A stretch of DNA of 32,000 nucleotides. It comes from Chroococcidiopsis sp. [FACHB-1243]. Its GTDB lineage: Bacteria > Cyanobacteriota > Cyanobacteriia > Cyanobacteriales > Chroococcidiopsidaceae. Each line of letters opens with the position of its first letter. Position 1 is the stretch's first letter. A program made the translations under genes and the position numbers. A model generated the notes under the pieces. That model saw only the letters and a program-made list of their open reading frames with translations, was not told where the DNA came from and made no database searches. Positions 1-6,835 of this stretch are shown here, piece after piece. Location of the stretch: contig NZ_JACJQX010000013.1 of NCBI RefSeq assembly GCF_014696895.1, positions 31,199-63,198 of the forward strand, written 5' to 3'.

Positions 1-88
1 TTATTTGACTCGCGATCCCAGAGCTAAAGAACGGAAGAAATACGGCTTACATAAAGCACGGAAAGCTCCTCAATTCTCGAAGCGATAA
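1..88 (+). CDS. rpsI: 30S ribosomal protein S9, C-terminal fragment (gene begins upstream of the window)
   Basis: Codons starting at nt 2 read YLTRDPRAKERKKYGLHKARKAPQFSKR*, with TAA at 86-88. The basic ...KARKAPQFSKR tail is the typical S9 C-terminus. Confidence 0.85.
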   Translation, partial: YLTRDPRAKERKKYGLHKARKAPQFSKR

Positions 89-89
89 A

Positions 90-117
90 TTGGTAATGGG
101 TAATGGGTAATTGGTAG
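90..117. repeat. STRR-type heptamer array (GGTAATG/GGTAATT units)
   Basis: ttggtaatgggtaatgggtaattggtag read directly. The same heptamer family recurs at 28386-28415 and, inverted, at 27145-27170. Confidence 0.8.
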
Positions 118-184
118 TTGCCTATTACTTACTAGCTATTACCAGCCAAAAGCTACAATAAGATTAGAAAATTAGGAAAAAAAG

Positions 185-436
185 ATGGCAAAACCAGATA
201 TTCATCCGCAGTGGTATCCCGAAGCTAAGGTTTACTGCAACGGGGAACTAGTAATGACTGTTGGTTCGACTAAGCCAGAACTCCACGTTGATGTCTGGTC
301 TGGCAATCACCCGTTCTATACTGGAACTCAAAAGATTATCGATACTGAAGGGCGCGTAGAACGCTTCTTGAGAAAATACGGCATGATGGATCCCTCCCAA
401 GCAGGCAATACAGAAGGAAAGCCCAAGAAGAAGTAG
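185..436 (+). CDS. rpmE: 50S ribosomal protein L31
   Basis: 83-aa ORF MAKPDIHPQWYPEAKVYCNGE...HPFYTGTQKIIDTEGRVERFLRKYG is the L31 signature. AGGAAA lies 7-12 nt upstream of the ATG. Confidence 0.95.
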   Translation: MAKPDIHPQWYPEAKVYCNGELVMTVGSTKPELHVDVWSGNHPFYTGTQKIIDTEGRVERFLRKYGMMDPSQAGNTEGKPKKK

Positions 437-545
437 CGCGGTCAGTTCAATTTTGGATTTTAGATTTTGGATTTAAGTTAGAAAAATCTGAAGTCTAAAA
501 TTTTTGTATATGACCCAATCTACTATTTGCTGAGCGATCGCGACT

Positions 546-1646
546 ATGGCGGAACCTTACCTGCTAAATAAGCTCAAATCAGTCGAGCAAACCTACAATG
601 AATTGACTCGTCGCCTTGCCGACCCAGATATCGCTACCGACCCGGTAGAGATGCATCGGGTCGCGAAGGCTCGTTCTTCTTTTGAAGAAGTCGTCAATAC
701 TTATGAAACTTGGAAAACCGCTCAGGAAGAGCTTAAAGGAGCGCGTCAAGTTTTAAAAGAAGCAGCTAGCGATCCAGAGTTGCAAGAAATGGCAGCTTTG
801 GAGGTGCAGGAATTAGAAACTAAATTAGAGCAGCTAGAAGCTCGCTTGAAGGTTTTACTGCTACCCCGCGACCCGAACGATGACAAGAATATTATGTTAG
901 AAATTCGGGCAGGTACTGGTGGCGATGAAGCGAGTATCTGGGCTGGAGATTTAATTAGAATGTATTCCCGCTATGCCGAAACTCAAAACTGGCGCGTCAA
1001 GCTAGTGAGCGAATCTCTGGCAGAAATGGGCGGATTTAAAGAAGCAGTGCTAGAAATTCAGGGCGATTCTGTCTACAGCAAACTCAAGTTTGAAGCAGGG
1101 GTTCACCGCGTTCAGCGCGTACCAGTCACGGAAGCAGGGGGACGAGTTCACACATCTACTGCTACTGTCGCGGTGATGCCAGAAGTGGATGACGTAGAAA
1201 TTCACATCGATCCGACTGAGATTGAAATGAAAACAGCTCGCTCTGGCGGTGCTGGCGGTCAAAATGTTAACAAGGTGGAGACAGCGGTAGACTTATTCCA
1301 CAAACCAACGGGAATTCGGATTTTCTGTACGGAAGAACGCAGCCAGTTACAAAACAAAGAACGGGCAATGCAAATCTTGCGAGCTAAATTGTACGAAATG
1401 AAGCTGCGGGAACAACAAGAAGCTGTTACTTCCATGCGGCGATCGCAAGTTGGAACGGGTTCGCGATCGGAGAAGATTCGCACCTACAACTACAAAGATA
1501 ATCGGGTCACAGACCATCGTTTGGGACAGAATTATTCTCTGAACCCAGTCCTAGAAGGCGATATAGAAATAATTATTCAAGATTGCATCGCTCAAGATCA
1601 GCAGGAACAGTTAGCAGAGTTAGCTGCATCGAGTGCGGGTGCGTAG
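546..1646 (+). CDS. prfA: peptide chain release factor 1
   Basis: 366 aa with the GGQ motif ([16 protein letters not shown]) and an RF1-type PxT tripeptide (RVPVTE). It is one continuous frame with no RF2-type frameshift site. Confidence 0.95.
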   Translation: MAEPYLLNKLKSVEQTYNELTRRLADPDIATDPVEMHRVAKARSSFEEVVNTYETWKTAQEELKGARQVLKEAASDPELQEMAALEVQELETKLEQLEARLKVLLLPRDPNDDKNIMLEIRAGTGGDEASIWAGDLIRMYSRYAETQNWRVKLVSESLAEMGGFKEAVLEIQGDSVYSKLKFEAGVHRVQRVPVTEAGGRVHTSTATVAVMPEVDDVEIHIDPTEIEMKTARSGGAGGQNVNKVETAVDLFHKPTGIRIFCTEERSQLQNKERAMQILRAKLYEMKLREQQEAVTSMRRSQVGTGSRSEKIRTYNYKDNRVTDHRLGQNYSLNPVLEGDIEIIIQDCIAQDQQEQLAELAASSAGA

Positions 1647-1844
1647 AGAGCGATCGCGCTTGGATTGATACGGTAAAATATGATGGCATAATCCTTCCTA
1701 AGTTTAGGGAGGGTTAATTTTTTGGTATGTGAGACTAGGCAGGGAAGCTCCCCGTGATGGGAAAATGCGATCGCGCTTTGGAATTTGTGGAGGGAGGAAG
1801 TGCGATTGCAATCTATATCAATTTTCTTTTGATTACCATATATT

Positions 1845-1874
1845 TGTAGGGACGCACATCTGTGCGCCCCCACA
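1845..1874. repeat. REP palindrome, imperfect copy (tgtagggacgcacatctgtgcgcccccaca)
   Basis: Same family as the perfect copies at 2495 and 4271. It carries the GTAG/CTAC-type termini typical of RAYT-recognised REPs. Confidence 0.85.
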
Positions 1875-1908
1875 GATTTGGTATCCTATCCAATCGACAA
1901 CGGCTATA

Positions 1909-2460
1909 TTACTTTAAAGCAGAATTAGTTGGATTGTCTAAATCGTGAAGCCAATTAAAAGGATTATTTATGATGTACTGCTGAATTTTATTTAAAGAAG
2001 CTTCATTGCGAATAACTCGTTCATAATAATTTCGTTGCCAAACTGATATTTTAGGAGTCTGGCGTATTTCGTTAATTTGCTTTGTAGTGGTAGATTTAAA
2101 TCCAGCAATCAATGACGACAGAGAACGCGGTTTTCGACGTAGGGGCGCACAGTTGTTGTGCGCCCCTGAATCTAGTATTCTTACAGAAGATGTGAATATA
2201 ACAATTGCATGTATGTGATTAGGCATGATAACCCATTCATCTAATTCAATTCCTGGTCGAATTGTGGGCGATCGCAAACATTCTTCAGCTACTATACATC
2301 CAACTTTATTCAAGCGCATTTGACAATCCATAACTTCGCCAAATATACATTCTTTTTGGTAGGTACAAATGGTAATAAAGTAAGCACCTGCTTGAGAATA
2401 ATCATAACCACGTAAACGAATAGACTGACGGCGATGAATTTTGGAATTATACGAGGTCAT
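1909..2460 (-). CDS. REP-associated tyrosine transposase (RAYT, Y1/HUH transposase IS200-like)
   Basis: 183 aa. HUH motif in VIMPNHIHAIV, catalytic Tyr region WQRNYYERVIRNE, N-terminal RLRGYDYSQAGAYFITICT typical of cyanobacterial RAYTs, and cognate REPs on both sides. Confidence 0.88.
   Translation of the reverse strand: MTSYNSKIHRRQSIRLRGYDYSQAGAYFITICTYQKECIFGEVMDCQMRLNKVGCIVAEECLRSPTIRPGIELDEWVIMPNHIHAIVIFTSSVRILDSGAHNNCAPLRRKPRSLSSLIAGFKSTTTKQINEIRQTPKISVWQRNYYERVIRNEASLNKIQQYIINNPFNWLHDLDNPTNSALK
2139..2167. repeat. REP-like palindrome embedded in-frame in the RAYT coding sequence
   Basis: gtaggggcgcacagttgttgtgcgcccct. On the minus strand it is translated as ...SGAHNNCAPLRR..., between the HUH and Tyr motifs. 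Confidence 0.8.
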
Positions 2461-2494
2461 TATTAGCTTTTTTCATTGGATGTAATACATGGCT

Positions 2495-2524
2495 TGTAGG
2501 GGCGCACAGCTGTGCGCCCCTACA
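2495..2524. repeat. REP palindrome, perfect 30-nt copy (tgtaggggcgcacagctgtgcgcccctaca)
   Basis: Perfect self-complementarity checked base by base. Identical to 4271-4300. Confidence 0.9.
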
Positions 2525-2675
2525 ATATGCCCGCAGTAATTTATTAAACATAATCTCGATCGCTCGACTTTATATAAGCTTTTAGTTACCTTCATTCAAA
2601 GCTCAAATTCTCTAAGTTTATAGCGTGTAAATTAAGAAAATATTTAGTGATTCTTGGCAGTACGCAAAACATATT

Positions 2676-2700
2676 TGTAGGGGCGCACAGTTGTGCGCCT
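2676..2700. repeat. REP palindrome, slightly truncated copy (tgtaggggcgcacagttgtgcgcct)
   Basis: Same family and the same left-hand extension (aaCATATtTGTAGGGG) as the 4257-4300 copy. It lies 31 nt upstream of the cassette start codon. Confidence 0.85.
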
Positions 2701-2731
2701 GGTTGTATATGAATAAAAATAGGAGTATTTT

Positions 2732-3706
2732 GTGATTCCAATTATTCTTGGTGCTATTGCTTTAGGTACTACAGCTTTTGGTGGGCTTGCGTGTGTCGCA
2801 GGTATGGCTGATATGGATCTAGCAAAAAAAATTGGTGAACGCGCTCAAAAACGCTACAAAAGTAAAGTTAGTCAATTGCAAGCAGACTGGGAAACTGCTA
2901 ACCAGATAGCAGAGGAGTACAGTCAACTTCAGATTGATATCAAAATGTGCACAGTTGGACGTTTTGTTGATTTTATCGAGCGGCGAATTGGTCAGCAAGC
3001 TTCGCAAAGCGATCGGCAGATTTTAGAAGGACTAGAAATTTCAATTCAGCAGCTCAAACAGTATCAAGTTATGGCTATAGAGGCTGAAGAGTGGGTTAAA
3101 GGCGGTTTATCAGCAGCAGTTACAGGTGCAGCAGTAAGTTCTGGGACAATTACACTTGCAAAGTCTGTAGGAACAGCTACAGTAACAAGATTCTTTGGTT
3201 TGTGGACTACTGAAGTAGGTATCTCATCGCTTGGTGGAGCTGCTGCTAGAAATGCAACAATAGCATGGTTAGGTGGTAGTAGTATGGCTGTTGGAGGTTT
3301 TGTTTTGGGAGGTCTGACACTGGGTCCTGCCTTAATGATCGGTGGTTTTCAATTAGCGGGTAAAGCAGAGGAAGCTTTAACCAAAGCACGGAAGTATGAA
3401 GCTGAAGTAAACACGGCAATAGCTCAATTTGACGCAGCAAGAGACTTTCTTCAACAAGCAAGGCGGCAAATTTTTGAGTTAGAGGATTTGGTTAAATTGC
3501 TTAACGATCGAGCTGTTCTAGGTCTTAATGAACTTGAATCATTGCCATCATTTAACAAAGATAGGGATGCTTGTAAATTTCAGCAGCTAGGGCTTTTAAT
3601 AAAAGCACTTACAGAAATTATAAAAACACCTGTTTTAGACAAAAAAGGACTATTGAATCAGGATGCCGTGACTGTCCACGCTAAGTACCGTTATCTAGGA
3701 GTTTAG
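2732..3706 (+). CDS. hypothetical membrane/coiled-coil protein with a central glycine-zipper hydrophobic block (cassette gene A)
   Basis: 324-aa ORF with a GTG start preceded by AGGAG (2721-2725) at 6-nt spacing. Hydrophobic N-terminus MIPIILGAIALGTTAFGGLACVAGMA. Long charged helical segments flank an 85-aa Gly/Ala/Ser-rich hydrophobic region (aa 124-209, including IAWLGGSSMAVGGFVLGGLTLGPALMIGGF). No catalytic motif recognised. Confidence 0.75.
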   Translation: MIPIILGAIALGTTAFGGLACVAGMADMDLAKKIGERAQKRYKSKVSQLQADWETANQIAEEYSQLQIDIKMCTVGRFVDFIERRIGQQASQSDRQILEGLEISIQQLKQYQVMAIEAEEWVKGGLSAAVTGAAVSSGTITLAKSVGTATVTRFFGLWTTEVGISSLGGAAARNATIAWLGGSSMAVGGFVLGGLTLGPALMIGGFQLAGKAEEALTKARKYEAEVNTAIAQFDAARDFLQQARRQIFELEDLVKLLNDRAVLGLNELESLPSFNKDRDACKFQQLGLLIKALTEIIKTPVLDKKGLLNQDAVTVHAKYRYLGV

Positions 3707-3711
3707 TAAAA

Positions 3712-4203
3712 ATGCCTTTGCAATATATTGGCGCAGTATTAACTGCGCTTGAAGCAGCACAATGTTTATCTGGCATTGTTTCAGATTATCAGCAAGTTAC
3801 AGAACAACAAGAAATTAGGCGGCGTGAAATTACAGCTTGGGAGAGAACGACGTTTATAGGGACAGCGGTTTCAGCGTATATAAACTACAAAGAAATTACC
3901 GAACAAGAGCAGACAAAGCGGCGTGAAATTGAAGCGTGGGAAAAAACTACTATCGCGAAAATTAACGCTCAGCGAGCAATATTGATAGGATATCTCGATC
4001 GCTCGTTTGATGAACGAGCAGAAAATTTTCGGGCTTTGTTCAATGTAGTCGATCGCGCAATTACAACAGGCAATAACGAGCAACTAGAAGTAGCCTTACG
4101 TTCAATTACAGAAATAGCGAAATCAAGCCCATTCAAAGAATTTACTAATTTAGCTTCAGTAAAAGCGGCGCTAGACGATCCAAATCACGAATGGGCATTT
4201 TGA
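3712..4203 (+). CDS. hypothetical helical protein with internal tandem repeat (cassette gene B)
   Basis: 163-aa ORF. Its ATG is 5 nt after the stop of gene A, and AGGAG (3697-3701) sits inside the end of gene A. Hydrophobic N-terminus. A 20-aa motif is repeated 33 aa apart (VTEQQEIRRREITAWERTTF and ITEQEQTKRREIEAWEKTTI, 13/20 identical). The C-terminal half looks helical. Confidence 0.7.
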   Translation: MPLQYIGAVLTALEAAQCLSGIVSDYQQVTEQQEIRRREITAWERTTFIGTAVSAYINYKEITEQEQTKRREIEAWEKTTIAKINAQRAILIGYLDRSFDERAENFRALFNVVDRAITTGNNEQLEVALRSITEIAKSSPFKEFTNLASVKAALDDPNHEWAF

Positions 4204-4229
4204 TAAACGTATTGAAATAATACAGATTT

Positions 4230-4330
4230 TGTATGGACGCACGATGGATATTTTGAAATAATACATATCTTGTAGGGGCGCACAGCTGTGCGCCCCTACA
4301 TCATTTATGCGCCCGTACATCTATGCGCCC
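4230..4330. repeat. REP cluster downstream of the cassette
   Basis: Degenerate copy tgtatggacgcac (4230-4243), perfect 30-nt copy (4271-4300), then two half-sites atgcgccc (4307-4330). The units at 4211-4243 and 4253-4283 are direct repeats (ttgaaataatacaNaTNttgtaNgg). Confidence 0.85.
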
Positions 4331-4438
4331 TAACTGATTTATTACCAATACGAATAAATTTGACGTTGGAAATTCCGATCGCTGTTTTCAATACCACAGT
4401 TAAAGCGATCGCCTCCTTCCCATCCAACTAACCTAAAA

Positions 4439-4669
4439 CTACTGCTGAATCTCTCCCCGTGCTAGACGTGTTTCGTACTCTTCTGGATTCCTTGAATAAT
4501 CTGATAAATCTGAAGTGCTAATTTTCAATGCTTCCGTAGATTGCATCCATAGAGCCGAGCGAGTGTTATCTTTGTCTAGTCGCAAAGAGTCTACAAAATG
4601 ACTTACTTCCTTAACAAGCGGTTCTGGCAGTTGGAGAATTTTGGAAATTGTCTCATCATACAAGCTCAT
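4439..4669 (-). CDS. DUF2281-like small protein (putative orphan type II antitoxin)
   Basis: From the ATG at 4669: MSLYDETISKILQLPEPLVKEVSHFVDSL..., with the tail ...EEYETRLARGEIQQ. This N-terminal helix pattern is typical of DUF2281-type antitoxins. AAGGA lies 9-13 nt upstream of the ATG. The TTG start at 4717 in the ORF track was not preferred. Confidence 0.55.
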   Translation of the reverse strand: MSLYDETISKILQLPEPLVKEVSHFVDSLRLDKDNTRSALWMQSTEALKISTSDLSDYSRNPEEYETRLARGEIQQ

Positions 4670-4906
4670 TTGTTTTTCCTTGTTTGAATCAATTGATGCA
4701 CCGAATTTGCGTACCAACAGCCTAATGAAGATAATTCAATATAGAGGTGTGAGGGCTGCGCGTCAATCATGTTAGTCATCTTAGGTGACTTCAACCCAGA
4801 AATTAAGATTCTCAAAATCTTTCCTCTGTCTTGAAGAACGCACCCTACATTTCGCCATTAAATTTTGTTACGATGTCGATGAAGCGATCGCCCTTGGAGA
4901 TACTGA

Positions 4907-6610
4907 ATGCTGCGACTGGAACACATTAGTAAAATTTATCCTACTGGTGAAGTCCTGAAAGATGTGAATTGGGAAGTCAAAGCAGGCGATCGCATCGGTT
5001 TAGTAGGTGTCAACGGAGCAGGCAAGTCTACCCAACTGAAAATAATTGCTGGAGAGATTGAGCCAACCACTGGAGAGGTGATTCGTCCTGCTAGTTTACA
5101 CATAGCATACTTAACCCAAGAATTTGAAGTAGATCCAACTCGTACTGTAAAGGAAGAATTCTGGCGCGCCTTTGTTGCGGCAAACGAAGTTCATGAAAGT
5201 TTGACAAAAGTACAACATCAGTTAGAAACCGCAACACCCGAAGAATTAGATAAACTTCTGCGACAAATGGATCGCTTCCAGCGCCAGTTTGAAGCTTTGG
5301 ATGGTTACAGCTTGGAGGCGCAAATCGATAAAATCTTGCCAGAGCTGGGATTTGAACCAGGAGATGGCGATCGCCTTGTCAGCGCTTTTAGTGGCGGTTG
5401 GCAGATGCGAATGAGTTTGGGAAAGATTTTACTACAAAAACCCGATTTGTTACTTCTAGATGAACCAACTAACCATTTAGATTTAGAAACTATTGAGTGG
5501 TTGGAAAATTACCTGAAAGGGTTAATTACACCGATGGTAATTGTCTCGCACGATCGCGAATTTCTCGATCGCCTTTGCACTCAAATTGTCGAAACTGAAA
5601 GGGGAGTTTCTACAACATATTTAGGCAACTATTCAATTTATTTGCAACAAAAGTTTGAAGCGAAGGAAGCACAACAAAGTGCCTACGAACGGCAACAGAA
5701 AGAACTTGATAAACAGCAAGCTTTTGTCGATAAATTTAGAGCTAGTGCTACTCGCAGTACGCAAGCAAAAAGCCGCGAAAAACAATTAGATAAAATCGAG
5801 CGTGTCGAAGCACCGATATCTGACTTAAAAACCCTGCATTTTCGCTTTCCACCCGCACCCCGTAGCGGACGAGAAGTGGTGAAAATTCAAGATTTAACCC
5901 ATATATATGACGACAAAATCTTATTTTTAGGTGGAAACCTCTTAATAGAAAGAGGCGATCGCATTGCTTTTCTCGGTCCCAATGGTGCGGGTAAATCTAC
6001 ATTACTGCGTCTGATTACGGGAATGGAGGAGCCGACAGAAGGAGCTGTCGAACTGGGTGCTCATAACGTGATTCCTAGCTATTTTGAGCAGAATCAAGCA
6101 GAAGCCTTAGATTTAAACAAAACCGTCATGGAAACGATCCATGATGAAGTTCCCGACTGGACGAATGAAGAAGTTCGCACGTTGTTAGGAAGATTTTTAT
6201 TTAGCGGCGACACGGTATTTAAAAAAGTTGCAGCCTTAAGTGGAGGCGAAAAAGCCCGTCTTGCCTTAGCAAAAATGCTGCTACGTCCGGCAAATTTATT
6301 AATTTTAGATGAGCCGACAAATCATTTAGATATTCCAGCGAAAGAAATGCTGGAAGAAGCAATTCAAAACTACGATGGTACGGTACTGATCGTTTCTCAC
6401 GATCGCTACTTCATCTCTCAAGTTGCCAACAAAATTATTGAAATTCGCGATGGAGAATTTCGAGTTTATTTGGGAGATTACCATTACTACCAAAACAAAT
6501 TAGCAGAAGAACGAGAACAGGAAAGACAAGCTGCGATTGCTACCGAGCAAGCTGCTAAAAAAGCCGTCAAAGCCGCTAAAGCTGCCGCTAAGAAAGGGAG
6601 TAGGGGTTAG
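4907..6610 (+). CDS. ABC-F family ATPase (two ABC domains, no TM domain; translation-factor type)
   Basis: 567 aa. Two Walker A motifs (GVNGAGKST, GPNGAGKST), two signature motifs (FSGGWQMR, LSGGEKAR), two Walker B motifs (LLLLDEPTNHLD, LLILDEPTNHLD), an inter-domain linker and a Lys/Ala-rich tail. Confidence 0.93.
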   Translation: MLRLEHISKIYPTGEVLKDVNWEVKAGDRIGLVGVNGAGKSTQLKIIAGEIEPTTGEVIRPASLHIAYLTQEFEVDPTRTVKEEFWRAFVAANEVHESLTKVQHQLETATPEELDKLLRQMDRFQRQFEALDGYSLEAQIDKILPELGFEPGDGDRLVSAFSGGWQMRMSLGKILLQKPDLLLLDEPTNHLDLETIEWLENYLKGLITPMVIVSHDREFLDRLCTQIVETERGVSTTYLGNYSIYLQQKFEAKEAQQSAYERQQKELDKQQAFVDKFRASATRSTQAKSREKQLDKIERVEAPISDLKTLHFRFPPAPRSGREVVKIQDLTHIYDDKILFLGGNLLIERGDRIAFLGPNGAGKSTLLRLITGMEEPTEGAVELGAHNVIPSYFEQNQAEALDLNKTVMETIHDEVPDWTNEEVRTLLGRFLFSGDTVFKKVAALSGGEKARLALAKMLLRPANLLILDEPTNHLDIPAKEMLEEAIQNYDGTVLIVSHDRYFISQVANKIIEIRDGEFRVYLGDYHYYQNKLAEEREQERQAAIATEQAAKKAVKAAKAAAKKGSRG

Positions 6611-6617
6611 AAAAAAA

Positions 6618-6698
6618 GACAAGGGAGACAAGGGAGCATTCGGAATTACAATCCAAAATCCAAAATTCCCTCACTCCTCACTCCTCACTCCTCACCCC
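6618..6698. repeat. STRR-type repeat arrays (GACAAGGGA x2, AATCCAAA x2, CTCACTC heptamers)
   Basis: gacaagggagacaagggag, aatccaaaatccaaaatt and ctcactcctcactcctcactcctcacccc read directly in the spacer between the ABC-F gene and gpmI. Confidence 0.8.
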
Positions 6699-6771
6699 TT
6701 CCAGAAGGCGATCCCCATTAGAAAAGCTGAAAGATATAGTAGAGAAAATGACAAAATCAGCAAAAAAACCC

Positions 6772-6799
6772 TTGCAGAGACGATCGGTAGTGGTATCAT
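6772..6799 (+). promoter_or_regulatory. putative sigma70-type promoter for gpmI (TTGCAG-N16-TATCAT)
   Basis: Hexamers at 6772-6777 and 6794-6799, 37 nt upstream of the gpmI ATG. This is a pattern match only. Confidence 0.3.
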
Positions 6800-6835
6800 G
6801 ACGGGTGAGTTAACAAAAGTAAAGGGTAACATCGT

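Larger units (their letters stand above)
1845..2524 (-). mobile_element. REP-RAYT-REP unit (IS200/IS605-like domesticated transposase with flanking REP palindromes)
   Basis: 30-nt palindromes at 1845-1874 and 2495-2524 each lie exactly 34 nt from the CDS ends (1909 and 2460). The two 34-nt flanks are partly inverted copies of each other (18/34, including a shared ATCCAAT block at the same offset). Confidence 0.8.

Noticed and set aside
546-1646. Programmed frameshift in a release factor gene
   Set aside because: The gene is RF1 (PVT motif) and reads as one uninterrupted frame. The +1 frameshift is a feature of prfB, not prfA.
1598-1917. ORFs 1598-1873 (minus strand) and 1729-1917 (plus strand) between prfA and the RAYT gene
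   Set aside because: They run through the REP palindrome and HIP1-containing spacer, overlap each other on opposite strands, and resemble no known protein.
4670-4717. TTG start at 4717 for the DUF2281-like gene
   Set aside because: The internal ATG at 4669 has an AAGGA ribosome-binding site and begins the conserved MSLYDE... helix. The extra 16 codons look non-coding.
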